Origin: Octopus sinensis
Lineage: Eukaryota
Assembly (NCBI RefSeq): GCF_006345805.1
Contig: NC_043005.1
Location: 83,700,001-83,764,000, forward strand
Direction of reading: 5' to 3'
DNA length: 64,000 bases
Below, piece after piece: positions 39,955-54,335 of the stretch (position 1 is its first letter; every line of letters begins with the position of its first letter). A model generated the notes under the pieces. It had not been told where the DNA came from, ran no database searches, and saw nothing but the letters and a program-made list of their open reading frames with translations. Made by a program: the position numbers and the translations under genes.

Positions 39955-41900
39955 GTCCTTTGATGTTATCAACCTCTATACCAACATCCCACATGAAATG
40001 GTATTGAGGCAATTGATTTCTGGCTGGAGAAACACCCAGAAGCATTTCCTAACCGCATTAACGAGACCTTCATTATGGAATCACTCAAGTTCATTCTGAC
40101 AAACAATTATTTCCTCTTTGAAAATACACACTACCGCCAAAAATGTGGTATCGCGATGGGTACCAAAGCTGCACCAGTCCTTGTGAACCTCATAATGGGT
40201 TTCTTCAAACTATCACTGTATGAGATATCATGCCAGAAATTTGGACACCTTTTTCACATCTACTTAATGGAAAACTGGAAAAGATACCTAGATGATTGTT
40301 TCATCATATGGAAAGAATCTTATGAAAAACTTCTGGAATTCAAAACCTCACGGAACAACATACATCCCAACATTCAATTCACTATGAAATTCAGCAAACA
40401 TCATCTCCCTTTCCTTGAACTCCTAATTATAAAAACACTTAACAACCAAATTACAACAGACATCTACCACAGACCTACAGACTCACAATAATACCTCCTC
40501 TTCAGTTCAGGCCACCCAAAACACACCAAGATAAATATCCCCGTCAACTTAGCTAAAAGGATATGCACCATTGTCTCAGATCCAAAAACTCGAGAAATAC
40601 ACCTTCAAGACCTCAAAAAAAACCACTATTACAATGCTAATATCCCTCCACACTCATAGACTATGGAATAAAACGTGCCAAAGAACTCGACAATAATACA
40701 CTGAAAACCACCCAACACAGTAACACATCCAATCTCAAAATACTTTCATACATTTCCACTCAAAACCCCAAAAACATCGAAGCATACACCACAATCAGAC
40801 AAAACCTCCCCTTACTGTCCACAGACCCCAAAATGGATAATATTATCATTACACATAAAATCCTTAAATGCAAAAGGCAACATAAATCTTTGAAAAAACT
40901 CTTAACAAATGCCAAACTTCACACACCACATCCACCTTCATCAGTTAAAAAATGTGCACGCCCAAACTGTGGTACCTGCCCCTTCCTATTTGAAGGCTCT
41001 GAATTTACTTTCAAACAAGGAACAAAGTTTAAAATCAAGACCAACTTCTCCTGTTCCTCTGAGAACCTCATCTACATTTTCACATGCACCGGTTGCCAAC
41101 ACAATTATGTGAGACAAACGAGCCTTCCTTTATGTAGAAGAGTAGCAGTCCATAAAGAACAGATAAATCTCCCACAATACTGTCAAATTCCACTCAGTGG
41201 TCACATAGACTCTTGCGCTAGAAATAAAAATCCCAAATTTCATGTATTCCCTTTCTAGCAATGTAAAGACAGAATCTCTACACAACAAAGATTCAACAAG
41301 GAGAATCTTTTTGCTGAAAAATTCCAAACGCTTCTTAACATGCAAACTCCACAGTGACCATATTCCTTTTACTAGCATCCTGTTTGACAAAAAATCCAGC
41401 ATTCCAATTAAAGAGTATAAAATCTACAGAATTGTCTCCCCTTATTCACAGGAACTGGATAACTCCCACCCCATATCATGTTTTGACACAAACACCCAAC
41501 CATTTCAAACAAAACACAACACTTAAACACATGCATCCTAATCCCCCAAAGAAGTTTTTCCAAGGACTAATATTGAACTCTAAAAGCATAAAGACTCTAC
41601 AATGTATTGGTATACTATTTTTATTTTTGTATACATGTATTATTATTTTTTTGAAACAAAACATTGTAAATTTCTTTTTTCCCCTTCCAAATCTTGAAAA
41701 TTTGCCTTGCAATGAAATCCTATTTGATTTCTTTTTTCTTTTTTAATTTTAATTTTTCATACACCCATTTTTATGAAAATTTACTTTCAATTTAGCAGCC
41801 TGCCTTATCCTTTTTTCCTCTCCTATCATTTCTCCATGTGTGGTTAACACAACCCCACAATTTACTGACTTATACACACACACACATACTTACATACAGC
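39955..41900 (+). mobile_element. Penelope-like element: pseudogenised RT plus GIY-YIG endonuclease and 3' region
   Basis: SFDVINLYTNIPH, YRQKCGIAMGTKAAP, WKRYLDDCF, TDIYHRPTDSQ, CARPNCGTCP, NLIYIFTCTGCQHNYVRQT. Several stops and frameshifts. Confidence 0.93.
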
Positions 41901-41967
41901 TCCGCTTTATTTGTTCCATGTCCTCACATTGTTGTGTTTTTTTTTGTTTTTGTGTTTTCTTGTTTGA

Positions 41968-43560
<1,593 letters not shown>

Positions 43561-43636
43561 GTTAAAGAATATATTTAAGTCGTTATGTTAGAAAAATGTT
43601 AGAAAATTTTGTGTAAAACTCTCCATGTAGTGCCTT

Positions 43637-44726
43637 GGGTGTTGTTATTGTGTGTACGTGAGTTAATGCTGAAATATTTATTGAATTGTTGCCATTGTTG
43701 ATTCTGTAATTGTTGTTATGTTCCCCATTGTGGGAAGATGGAAAATGCACTAGGAGGAGGCCCAAGTTATGCGGCCTTATCTGGCAAGGGAGTAGACGCG
43801 CAAGAGTTGGAGGTCCGCGAGTGGAACCTCGAAAGGTGAAGGAGTGTGAAAAGTTAGTCACGATGGAAGGAAGTACTTTGAAGCTGAAGCCACCCGAGGA
43901 GCTATCTGCGAATGTGACAAAGAGAACAGTAGTATACAAAACCATGAAGGCAGCCACCAGGAAAATAGAGGTTGCCTCAATAGAGGCAATAGAAGAATGT
44001 ATCAAAGAAATAAAAAGATACACAACATTCGTAACAAAAGGAAGAAGATATGCCATTGTGGAGGTGCGCTTCGCAACGGAGGAGGAAGCAGTTAAACACT
44101 CCACGGAGGATATAATATCAGAGGAGTGGATGCTCTTGCCTTCGTACTGTGGCAAACGTGTGGCCAAAGTACGAGTGGATAAGGTGCCACCCGAACTGAA
44201 GGAGGCATGGCTGATGACCACCATAACGTATAATATGAAAGAAGGAAAGATTTTGAAGGCCACAAGGTGGACTACTGGGGTTATGGAATTGAATTGACTA
44301 TACAGGCAACAACGGAGGATTGGAACAGTGTGGTGGATGAGATCGTCCTCCCAGAAGATGTGAGACTGTGAGTTACGGTGAATGGTAGGCCACCGATATG
44401 CTTTTCATGTGGAGAAAAGGGCCACATGAGGACATGGTGCACCCAGAAAAGCAACAAGCAGAGTAGAAGGAGAGACAAGAGATCGTGGATCAGGTAGAAC
44501 AGGTCAAGACAAAGGAAAAAGAAACAGAGGATGATTTTACTGTGGTAAAAAAAAAGAGGAGCGGAGGGATGATTTGGGTGTGCCTTGGGCGTTGTTATTA
44601 TGTTTACGTAGAGTTAATGCTGAAATAATTATTGAATTGTTGCCATTGTTGTTCAAATTGGTCTTGTCTGTCCTTGTGGTGTCCCCTCTGTGTTTGGGGC
44701 TTTATTCCTAATAAAGAAATCTGTCA
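43637..44726 (+). mobile_element. Gag/ORF1-only non-LTR (L1/Tx1-like) element with terminal direct repeats
   Basis: ORF from ATG 43863 with an RRM-like region and a CCHC knuckle CFSCGEKGHMRTWC (44399-44440); one frameshift and one stop. About 74-bp direct repeats at 43631-43704 and 44581-44654. 14-bp TSD ccatgtagtgcctt at 43623 and 44727. Confidence 0.8.
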
Positions 44727-45289
44727 CCATGTAGTGCCTTACTGGATTTTACCTGGAGAAAGGAACCCTGAGGAAGGAAATGTTTTTACAGAGTGAGCTG
44801 AATTTGAACTATTTCCTACAAGCCGTTAAAACTTTTGTGAAACGGGCGCAGGTCTTGGACAAATACTTTCAATCGTTTCTCTTAATTTATTTTCTAGCTT
44901 CATGGTACCCCTTATGTATTTTAGCTTTTTATGTTTATCTTGTTATATTTCTTATTTATGTTAATATTTCTATATTGTTATCCTGAAACTCCGAATATAA
45001 ATATGTGGATATTGGAATGGAATAATACCTCATGTCCTACATGTGAATTCTGAATTTGCTTGTGTGAATGTTTTAAGAGAAATATCTGAAATTTTTATCG
45101 TAAAGCAAATTTTATTAATCGTTAACCCATATACGGGCGAAAAAACAATTGTACTATATAGTGGAGCTTTACCTCCATTAACATTCTCGTATTATACATA
45201 CATTCATACACATAGCAATTTTTATTCTAGTAGGTTTCAAGTTTATATCTCATCTTTTCGTCTTCCCTTCTTTTACGCAACAAGAACGA

Positions 45290-45962
45290 CACGTATCTCG
45301 ACCAGATTGTGACTTGCGATGAAAAGTGAATTTTTTAGGACAACTGACGACGCTCAGCTCAGTGGTTGGACACCTACGAAGTTCCACTGCACTTCCCGAA
45401 GCCAAAGTTGCACCAAAAGAAGTCATGGTGACTGTCTGGTGGTCTGCGGCCGGTCTCATACATTATAGCTATTTGGATCCAAGCGAAACCATTACGGTGG
45501 AGAAGTACTGTCAGCAAATGGAGGAAATGCATAAGAAACACCGACAACAGCCAGCATTGGTCAATAGATAAGGACCAATTCTTCTCCACGACAATGCTCG
45601 GCCGCACGTCCCACAATTGACCCTGCAGAAGTTGAACGAATTGGGCTGCGAAACTCTGCCTCATCCGCCATACTCACCAGACCTTTCGCCAACCGATTAC
45701 TATTTTATCAAGCATCTCGACAACTTCCTGCGTGAGAAATGCTTCAAAAACCAAGATGATGCCAAACAGGCCTTCAACGACTTCATCGCAACCAGAATGT
45801 AGGATTTTTACGCTACTGGCATAAATAAACTTGTTTCGTGTTGGCAAAAGTCTGTTGATTTTGCTGGTGTTTATTTCCATTAATAAAGTTTTGTTTGGGC
45901 CGAGATATGTGCATCTGAATTTAAAGGTTAAAAACCGCAAGATCTTTCTTGACAACCTAATA
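45290..45962 (+). mobile_element. Mariner (Hsmar1/SETMAR-type) transposase 3' relic
   Basis: IVTCDEK, VMVTVWWSAAG, LLHDNARPHV, LPHPPYSPDLSPTDY. 3' TIR-like end ...gacaacctaata. Confidence 0.9.
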
Positions 45963-47283
45963 AATAAAAAAAAAACAGGGTTTGCTTACTCAATAGAGGG
46001 CAGAATATATTACACGGTATTGCATGGTATTAATGAAATTTTGAAAATTCCATATTTTTGGAAGCTGGATAAGAGATAACGTTTAAATTTCAAAATGAAA
46101 TCTGGATCATTTAGTAAGGGAGGTAACTATCTTTATAATAAACGTACAAAACTAGCTAAGGGAAATAACTCTCATTCATATTTATCAAACCCGATAACGC
46201 GGTTGTTTTATTTTGTTAGTCCATGAAACTTGATGGTAGATTAACTTAAGGATAGGAGTAATCTCTGTAATCCAGCGGTTTGTTGGATAAGATTAAACAT
46301 TTAACCTTGAATTACAGTGCATGGTCTGTCCTTTTATTGCATGAGAAATATTTAAGAATAAAATCAAAAATTACTTTTACAACAGGATTTATATTTACAC
46401 AAGTAGGACTATTTTTTTTTATCCTTTTATTTGATTCAGTCATTTGACTGCGGCCATGCTGGAGCACCGCCTTTAGCCGAACAAATCGACCTCAGGACTT
46501 ATTCTTTGTAAGCCTAGTACTTATTCTATCGGTCGCTTTTGCTGAACCGCTAAGTTACGGGTACGTAAACACACCAACATCGGTTGTCAAGCGATGGGGG
46601 GGGGGCACAAACATAGACACACAAATACATACATACATACATACATACATACATACATACATACACACATACACACATACATACATACATGCATACATAC
46701 ATACATACAATCATAAACGTGGGTAAAAATAATTAAATAATTTACTTCCTGTGGTCCGCATGTACAATAAAAGTCATAAGATGTAAAGTATTTGTTTATC
46801 AGAGAGAACAAATAGACGAAGAGAAGACCATCATAGGACTTCTTACTTGCCAAAAAGGTCAAATGAAATTGTATAGAGATGGAACTGAGTGTGCGCATGC
46901 TTACCTTATGTTCTCGGTACATATTTCAGTGACATAATTATGCATTTTTGCCCCAGAGACCTTACTGACGAGCTACAAATGGCAGATTGGTTAATTGTTT
47001 TATTAAGTCATTAAAAGAAAAAAATCCTGAGTATAAGGCTTACTGAATATTTATTTATTCTAGTGCCCTCATGCAACGTGCCTTAGGAATTCTTTTCGTG
47101 TTTCGTGTTGTGACTGCCCTTTCTAGCATGTAAGAGATCCTATCGATGGTCTGCTCTTCGTGTATCTATACACTCTGATAAACAATATATATACATATAT
47201 ATATGGTACCTATCTAGCAGTATATTGGATATATATTATCCCATGGTGGGTTGAATTTTCAACCCCTATCTCATTTTATAACC

Positions 47284-47318
<35 letters not shown>

Positions 47319-48266
47319 ACGATAGGCCTCTTTCAGTTTCCGTCTACCATATCCACTCACAAGTTTTTGTCGGCCCGAGGCTACAGTAGGAGACACTTGC
47401 CCAAGGTGCCATGTAGTTGGACTAAACCCGGAACCATGTAGTTGGGAAGCAAGCTTCTTATCACACCTGCCAAATAAATTGATGATTTTTTGAAACTCTA
47501 TCTGCTTTTAGATGATGTATCATAATTACAAAATAGCCATTAAGACCAGCTGCTCTTGAGAAGGTCAGACGATCTCATCGGTCAAGAATTCCCCAAAAAT
47601 TGGCAACCGTCAAAGAATAGGACAGAGTCATTGTCTGGAGGTAAGAGGATGGTTGCGAAGACATGTTTCTGGGTCTGTAGCCGTCATCTATACAACAATT
47701 GTTCAGAGCTGTGCCTCTACGTCAAACCTATTTACAACTGGGTGAACTGTACCCCCGCTTGCAACTTGTTTACGGCCAGGTAGACCGTACCTGTCACAGA
47801 GTACCTTTGTACACGTGGGTGGACTGAACCTACCGGATGGTGCCTATCTACGCCTGAGTCGTAATCGGAATCTACGCCACCCGAAAGGTATTCGTAGAAA
47901 ATTTTATTAAAAAAATATCCCTTTATGAAAGTTATGAAAAAACAAAGATAGCGTAGAGGGGAGAGCCTTTTAGACACAAAGGGATTCAATCAAAAAGACG
48001 AATTGTTGAAAGAAACCAAAATAAAACAAAACCTAACTCCACTTGCATAACATCTCGGAATACTTGCAGACGACTGTTATCAAGAGGTGGTGCATGACAA
48101 GGGTAGACAACGACGGGATGGTATACAACAGAGATTGTCCATCTCAGTGGTAGTACACGATGGAGTGGTATACCGTAAGGTACACCACCACAGTGGTAGA
48201 ATACTGTAGTCGTAGTATTGCACGAGGGAGATTGTACACCGCGGTCGTAATACACGACAGTGATGT

Positions 48267-48651
48267 GATGGAAGCACTCCGTCGGTTACGACGACGAGGG
48301 TTCCGGTTGATCCGAATCAACGGAACAGCCTGCTCGTGAAATTAACGTGTAAGTGGCTGAGCACTACACAGACACGTGTACCCTTAACGTAGTTCTCGGG
48401 GAGATTCAGCGTGACACAGAGAGTGACAAGGCCGGCCCTTTGAAATACAGGTACAACAGAAACAGGAAGTAAGAGTGAGAGAAAGTTGGGGTGAAAGAGT
48501 ACAGCAGGGATCACCACCATCCCCTGCCGGAGCCTCGTGGAGCTTTAGGTGTTTTCACTCAATAAACACTCACAACGCCCGGTCTGGGAATCGAAACCGC
48601 GATCCTATGACCGCGAGTCCGCTGCCCTAACCACTGGGCCACTGCGCATCC
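48267..48651 (-). mobile_element. SINE family C (tRNA-derived), representative copy
   Basis: Head gtggatgcgcagtggcccagtggttagggcagcggactc...ggtttcgattccc with A and B boxes. TSD acacgacagtg(a/t)tgt at 48252 and 48652. Related copies at 12372-12678, 50710-51070, about 3300-3830, 5660-5900 and 28540-28740. Confidence 0.88.
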
Positions 48652-51600
48652 ACACGACAGTGTTGTACACTGCAGAGTAATAACCACGAGAGGGTGAGTA
48701 CTGGATTAGCTGAATCGCTTGAGCGACCCATTACTGTATTTAACAACATCTCGTTACGTTTAGAGTTCGAATCCTGCTGATGTCAGCTTTACCTTTCGTC
48801 ACCAACAATCAATAGATAAATGGTTCGAATCCCAATTGTCATTCTTTACTTATTTTGCCTTTCTCTGGGACTAATATAAAAAAAAAAGTGCAATTTTTAC
48901 TATTTACACACACGCACTCGCATACAGAAGCGATTTGTTATTGTTTTCGAGACAATATTCTATCCAAAGATGACAATTATCTTTTACGCAATCAAATTTA
49001 AATCCATATTTCACGGGGATCGAATCAATTAACTCATTTTTAACTTCAGCAAAGAAAAAAAAATCATAAAAGAAGATACGGTTTGATGCCCAACAACAAG
49101 AGATATTGAATACAAAGAGAAATTATTGATGTAAGGGACATAACTCCGAACTTGCGTCGTTGGCTTAATTCAAATCAGCTGAAATTGACTTCCTACCAAA
49201 AAAGCAACTCCGCAGAAAATCTGTGGCCGTCGTCGTCACACAACTTTTGTAATGAAACAACAACAACACCAACAACAACAACAACGAAAAGACAAACAAC
49301 ATTATCTTTTACAGCGTTAAGACTGAGGCCATGCTGGGGCATCGCCTTGTAGTTAGTCGATCGAATCGATTCCAGTACTTATTTCTAAGCTTAGTATTTA
49401 TTCTATCATATTCTTTTGCCGTGCTACTAAGGTACGGGGACGTAAACACACCAACACCGGCTTTCAAGTGGTGCCCCCCCTCCTCCACATTTATACGATA
49501 AATTTCCGTCCACAAGGTACACTGACAAGGCTTTGGTCAGCCCGAGGCTGTAGTGGATGACCCTTGTGCATGATGCTGCACAATGGGACTATTCCTCAGG
49601 AATGGCGAGGGACAGATTTCATTGCAATGTTATAAGTATATGTGTGTGTTTTCACATCTATATAAACACACATACACATATTTAGATGTATTGGGGTCTT
49701 CCCATAAATAATGCAGTTTTTTATACTTCTTTTATTTCTCAAAATTAAGATAAACAAAGTTCCTTTTTAATCTAAAATATACTTTCCTTCATTTCCCAAA
49801 ATGCTCTTCCATCTATATTTCCGTCCGTTCGTCCGTCCGTCCATCCATCCATCCATCCATCCATCCATCCATCCATTCATTCATTCATTCATTCATTCAT
49901 TCATTTATTCTGATTGTTGACTTGCTATTGGAGATGTGACCACGTCTGGAACTCTTTGCTTTTTAATTAATAGAACCACCCTGTCGTTAACTCTAACTAC
50001 ATTCGGTGCTCATTATTTTACAGAATGCCGCACAATTATGGCTGTGTGGTTAAAAAAATTACTTGGCAACCACCAGACTTCAGGTTCAGTCCCACTGTGT
50101 GGCACCTTGAAGAAGCCCATCGTCTGTGCGTGTGTGTCTGTGTGCATGTGTTTGTGCTTGTCAATCACCACTGCTTGACAACCAGTGTTGGTTTGTTTGT
50201 ACTCCTGTAACCAAGCAGTTTGGCAATAAAAATACGGATAGAGTATATACGAAGAACTAGGATTTATTTGTTCAACTAAACCCTTTAAGGTGGTGCCCCA
50301 GCATGACCGCAGTCCATTGAATGAAACAAGTAAAAGGTTAAAAGTAAAGAATAATTTTAAGAATTACCATTACTCTTTTTCTCTTTTACGAGTTTTAGCA
50401 TGATAGATGTGGCCATACTGGGGCACAGCTGTCAACTTTACTACACTTTCATAACTTGAAACCTTCTCCATATCTGGTATTTGGTGAATGAGGGATTTTT
50501 TGTTGATGTGCACAATATGAAGAACAAGGTGTATCTCAGCTGTATTTGAACTCAGGATGTCACAGAATGCATCTTTGTTGGGTCAAACATGCCACCTTTT
50601 TAATAATAATACAACAATTTTTATGAAACATTAAAACAATCACATCATTCATAAATTAAAGAGATCATAGAGGAAGTTGCTGCTGATTTGTTTGTTTGTT
50701 TGTTTGTTGAGCGAAGCGGTCTTCAACCCAGTAGTGGGAGAAGTCCGAAACGTGGTCCTTTGCTATTCGTAAGACCTGCAGAAGAGAAAGCAGGTCAACC
50801 CCCGACACCGAGAGCATCGACGGATGGATGAATGCGCATCCAGGCTCAGCGGTTGCGTAGGAAGTCGGGGACAAGAAACAAGAAGAAAGAGTGAGAGGAA
50901 GTTGGAGCGAAAGAGTAGAACAGGGGTCGCCACCAGCCCCTGCCGGAGCCTCGTGGAGCTTTAGGTGTTTTCGCTCAATAAACACACACAACGCCCGGTC
51001 TGGAAATCGAAACCGTGATCCTCCGACCGCGAGTCCACTGCCCTAACCACTGGGCATTTGCGCTTCCACTGCTGCTGGTGCTGATGTTATTCGTTGTCTT
51101 CGGCTATCCAGTACATTCCACATAATTCTAACCGGGCCAAGCTTTTTGCAACAGCTCTAACAAGCACTCTATTCCCATTTCCTCTATGTTCCTCTCAATA
51201 TCTTTTCATACTCTCTCCAATGTCCCAACGACAATCTCTTCTATCTTCACCTTTTTCTTCTTTCACAGTCGTATTTAAGAGGATTGTATACGTCAACTTA
51301 CTCTTCCCCCACCTTTTTTCTTTTCTTTCCTTAATGACGTAGTTACGGGTGTTTTTGCTTGATAATTTAATTTCTTACACTTTTACTATACTTTTCGTTT
51401 CTTTTCTTCTTGTAAAAATATGTTAATAAAATTGCAATCCGTTGTTAAAAAAAGAAAATGAATGGCTTAAATTCAAATCCAGTAAAAGCAATGATAATAC
51501 TTTCTCTATTACTGCTATGAAAATTCATTTATCCATAAGAATAAAATGCATATAAAAGTGTCACAAAACATTCAGAGAATAATATAAAAACGGGAGAGTG

Positions 51601-51826
51601 AAGTCATTAGGCAATGATTATTTATGTACCAAGTGAGAAGTCATTGGAAAGTCATAAATTAGTAATTTATGAATGGCTGTGTGGTAAGTAGCTTGCTAAC
51701 CAACCACATGGTTCCGGGTTCAGTCCCACTGCGTGGCACCTTGGGCAAGTGTCTTCTGCTATAGCCCCGGGCCGACCAATGCCTTGTGAGTGGATTTGGT
51801 AGACGGAAACTGAAAGAAGCCTGTCG

Positions 51827-51875
<49 letters not shown>

Positions 51876-51983
51876 ATACAATATGTTACATTACTCGGAG
51901 TCAAGATAAAACTCTGAGTTTCAGATGCCGAAGTGGAAATCCACAACACCATCTCTTCGTTATCTCTTCGTTTTCAAATAGCC

Positions 51984-52045
51984 AGATAACCGAAGAGATG
52001 GTGTTGTGGATTTCCACTTCGCATCTGAAACTCAGAGTTTTATCT
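51984..52045 (+). ncRNA. Minimal type-I hammerhead-ribozyme-like motif
   Basis: Stem I AGATAA/TTATCT, core CCGAAGA, stem II GATG/CATC, then TGAAA, palindromic stem III ACTC-A-GAGT and a GUU site. The core deviates from CUGAnGA. Confidence 0.5.
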
Positions 52046-52145
52046 TGACTACCGAGAATGTAACATATTGTATAGATAAATTTCCTCTATTACATAATAT
52101 TGAGGTCTCTTTCTTTCTTTTGTTATCTTACCGTTTTATCAATAT

Positions 52146-52193
<48 letters not shown>

Positions 52194-52381
52194 GGTCCCG
52201 GGTTGAGGGGTTAACCACAGTAAGTAAGGTACTCAATACATAGCAGAGTAAAATTAATTTATTATATAGAAGGAGCTTCTACAGGACTAGTACTGTTCAT
52301 TCAAGAGAAATCCTCAGGAAGATCCTGAAGATTTCTCTTGAATGAAACAGTACTAGTCCTGTAGAAGCTCCTTCTATATAA

Positions 52382-52420
<39 letters not shown>

Positions 52421-52938
52421 GTGTGTGTTTGTGTGTCTGTGTTTGTCCCCCTAGCATTGCTTGACAACCGATGCTGGTGGGTTTACGTCCCCGTCACTTA
52501 GCAGTTCGGCAAAAGAGACCGATAGAATAAGTACTGGGCTTACAAAGAATAAGTCCCAGGGTCGATTTGCTCGACTAACGGCGGTGCTTCAGCATGGCCG
52601 CAGTCAAATGACTGAAACAAGTAAAAGAGTATATGTGTGTATGTTTATATAAACGTATACAACCTTCAACAAAGTAACAGTCATGTACACAACTTGGACG
52701 GACACATGCCAGTACACGGACATACGTTCACATACACATACACATGTACACACACACACACACACACAGACGCGTCTGCCCATTCTCCTAGATACTCACA
52801 TACATACGTAGCACATAAGTACAAACATACATACATACATGCGTATGGGCATACACACGTACATACGCACGTGCATGTACACACATACACACATACATAC
52901 GCACATGCGTACGTACGTGCATACACATACATACATAC

Positions 52939-52995
<57 letters not shown>

Positions 52996-53286
52996 ACTTG
53001 AACTAACTAAATGTAAGGGGAAAAAAGATAAGTAATAGTAAAACAAAAGTCTTGAGATATAGAGATAAGTGGCTGATAATAGGTTTTAGAGTTTTGTCGT
53101 GGGGGTAAGGGTCATAAATCACTTCCTAGTTTCGGCGGGATGGGGGATGCTGAAATTTTATATTGTTGTAATGAGTGGTCAGTCTAGACCTATCCATCAC
53201 TACAGGTTTATAGCTTTAAGTTTATAGTGTGTGTGTGTGTGCGTGTGTGCGTGCATATACACACATACATACATACATACATACAT

Positions 53287-53317
<31 letters not shown>

Positions 53318-54107
53318 TATGCGTACGTACATACATGCATGCGTGCATACATACATACACACATACATACGTACATATGTATAACGAACTAACTGTTACT
53401 TTCTCAGATGCAGCACGGATTTTTGTCAGTGAACAGGTCGCGGTCTTAAAGCGACGAAAATATTTTGACAAATTAAACTTAAGTGTTGAAGTGAATCTAA
53501 TGGTTTTTGTGTGTTTCTTAAATGGCTTACAAACACCTTCCACGCTGCAATTGTTTTCGTTTCAGCACACGATCTCAGATCAAATCACTTGCTATGCAAG
53601 TACATCTCCGTAAAGAATAATTTTAAGTTTATAGAAAAAAAAAAAAGGAATACTAAATACTAAATTTGATTCCCCCTAGGGTGGGGCAGAGTACTTATCA
53701 CTTTAACCTTCTTCCAGATCTCACACCAAATTTTCATGTACCCAACTGTACCTGGGTCCCTGGCCAAATTAGCAAAATTCCCAATGTCCTTGGAGTATGT
53801 TTCTATTTTAGTAATGTTACCATAGCAACTTATTGAAAACCTTATTGGCAGTTGATCAAGTAAGTGTTTTGTGATATTCTCTCGTCTTATTTTTTGCTTC
53901 CGTGTATATCGGGTATATCGGGTATATCTCATTGCTGAACTTGAAATTCACATTGAAAAGCATGTTTTCATGTTGTCTTTACTGCTCAGCCGTGTCCCCT
54001 TTCACCTGTGAAACTCCATGTTGCTGTTATGAACCCCAAATCCTCAAAACGATTTCCTTATTTTCGGTCACTCTTGTAAAATTAATAATTGTCAATTTCC
54101 CACTCTC

Positions 54108-54164
<57 letters not shown>

Positions 54165-54193
54165 TAATAATTTTAATAATAATTATAATAATA

Positions 54194-54224
<31 letters not shown>

Positions 54225-54297
54225 CGCTTCTTTCGCTATATCCAGCCATTCATATTATGACGTTCGAACCTCAGGGTATGCCAGCTGACACTTGCCA

Positions 54298-54335
<38 letters not shown>

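Noticed and set aside
43583-44263. 226-aa minus-strand ORF
   Set aside because: Antisense shadow of the gag/ORF1 frame.
46740-46920. ETS-like and NRF1-like motifs plus a minus-strand AG|gtaagc donor as a possible promoter or first exon
   Set aside because: Short motifs expected by chance, and no linked exon was found.
48580-48652. tRNA-like sequences (also at about 12610-12678 and 50995-51070)
   Set aside because: SINE heads continuous with SINE bodies and bounded by TSDs, not tRNA genes.
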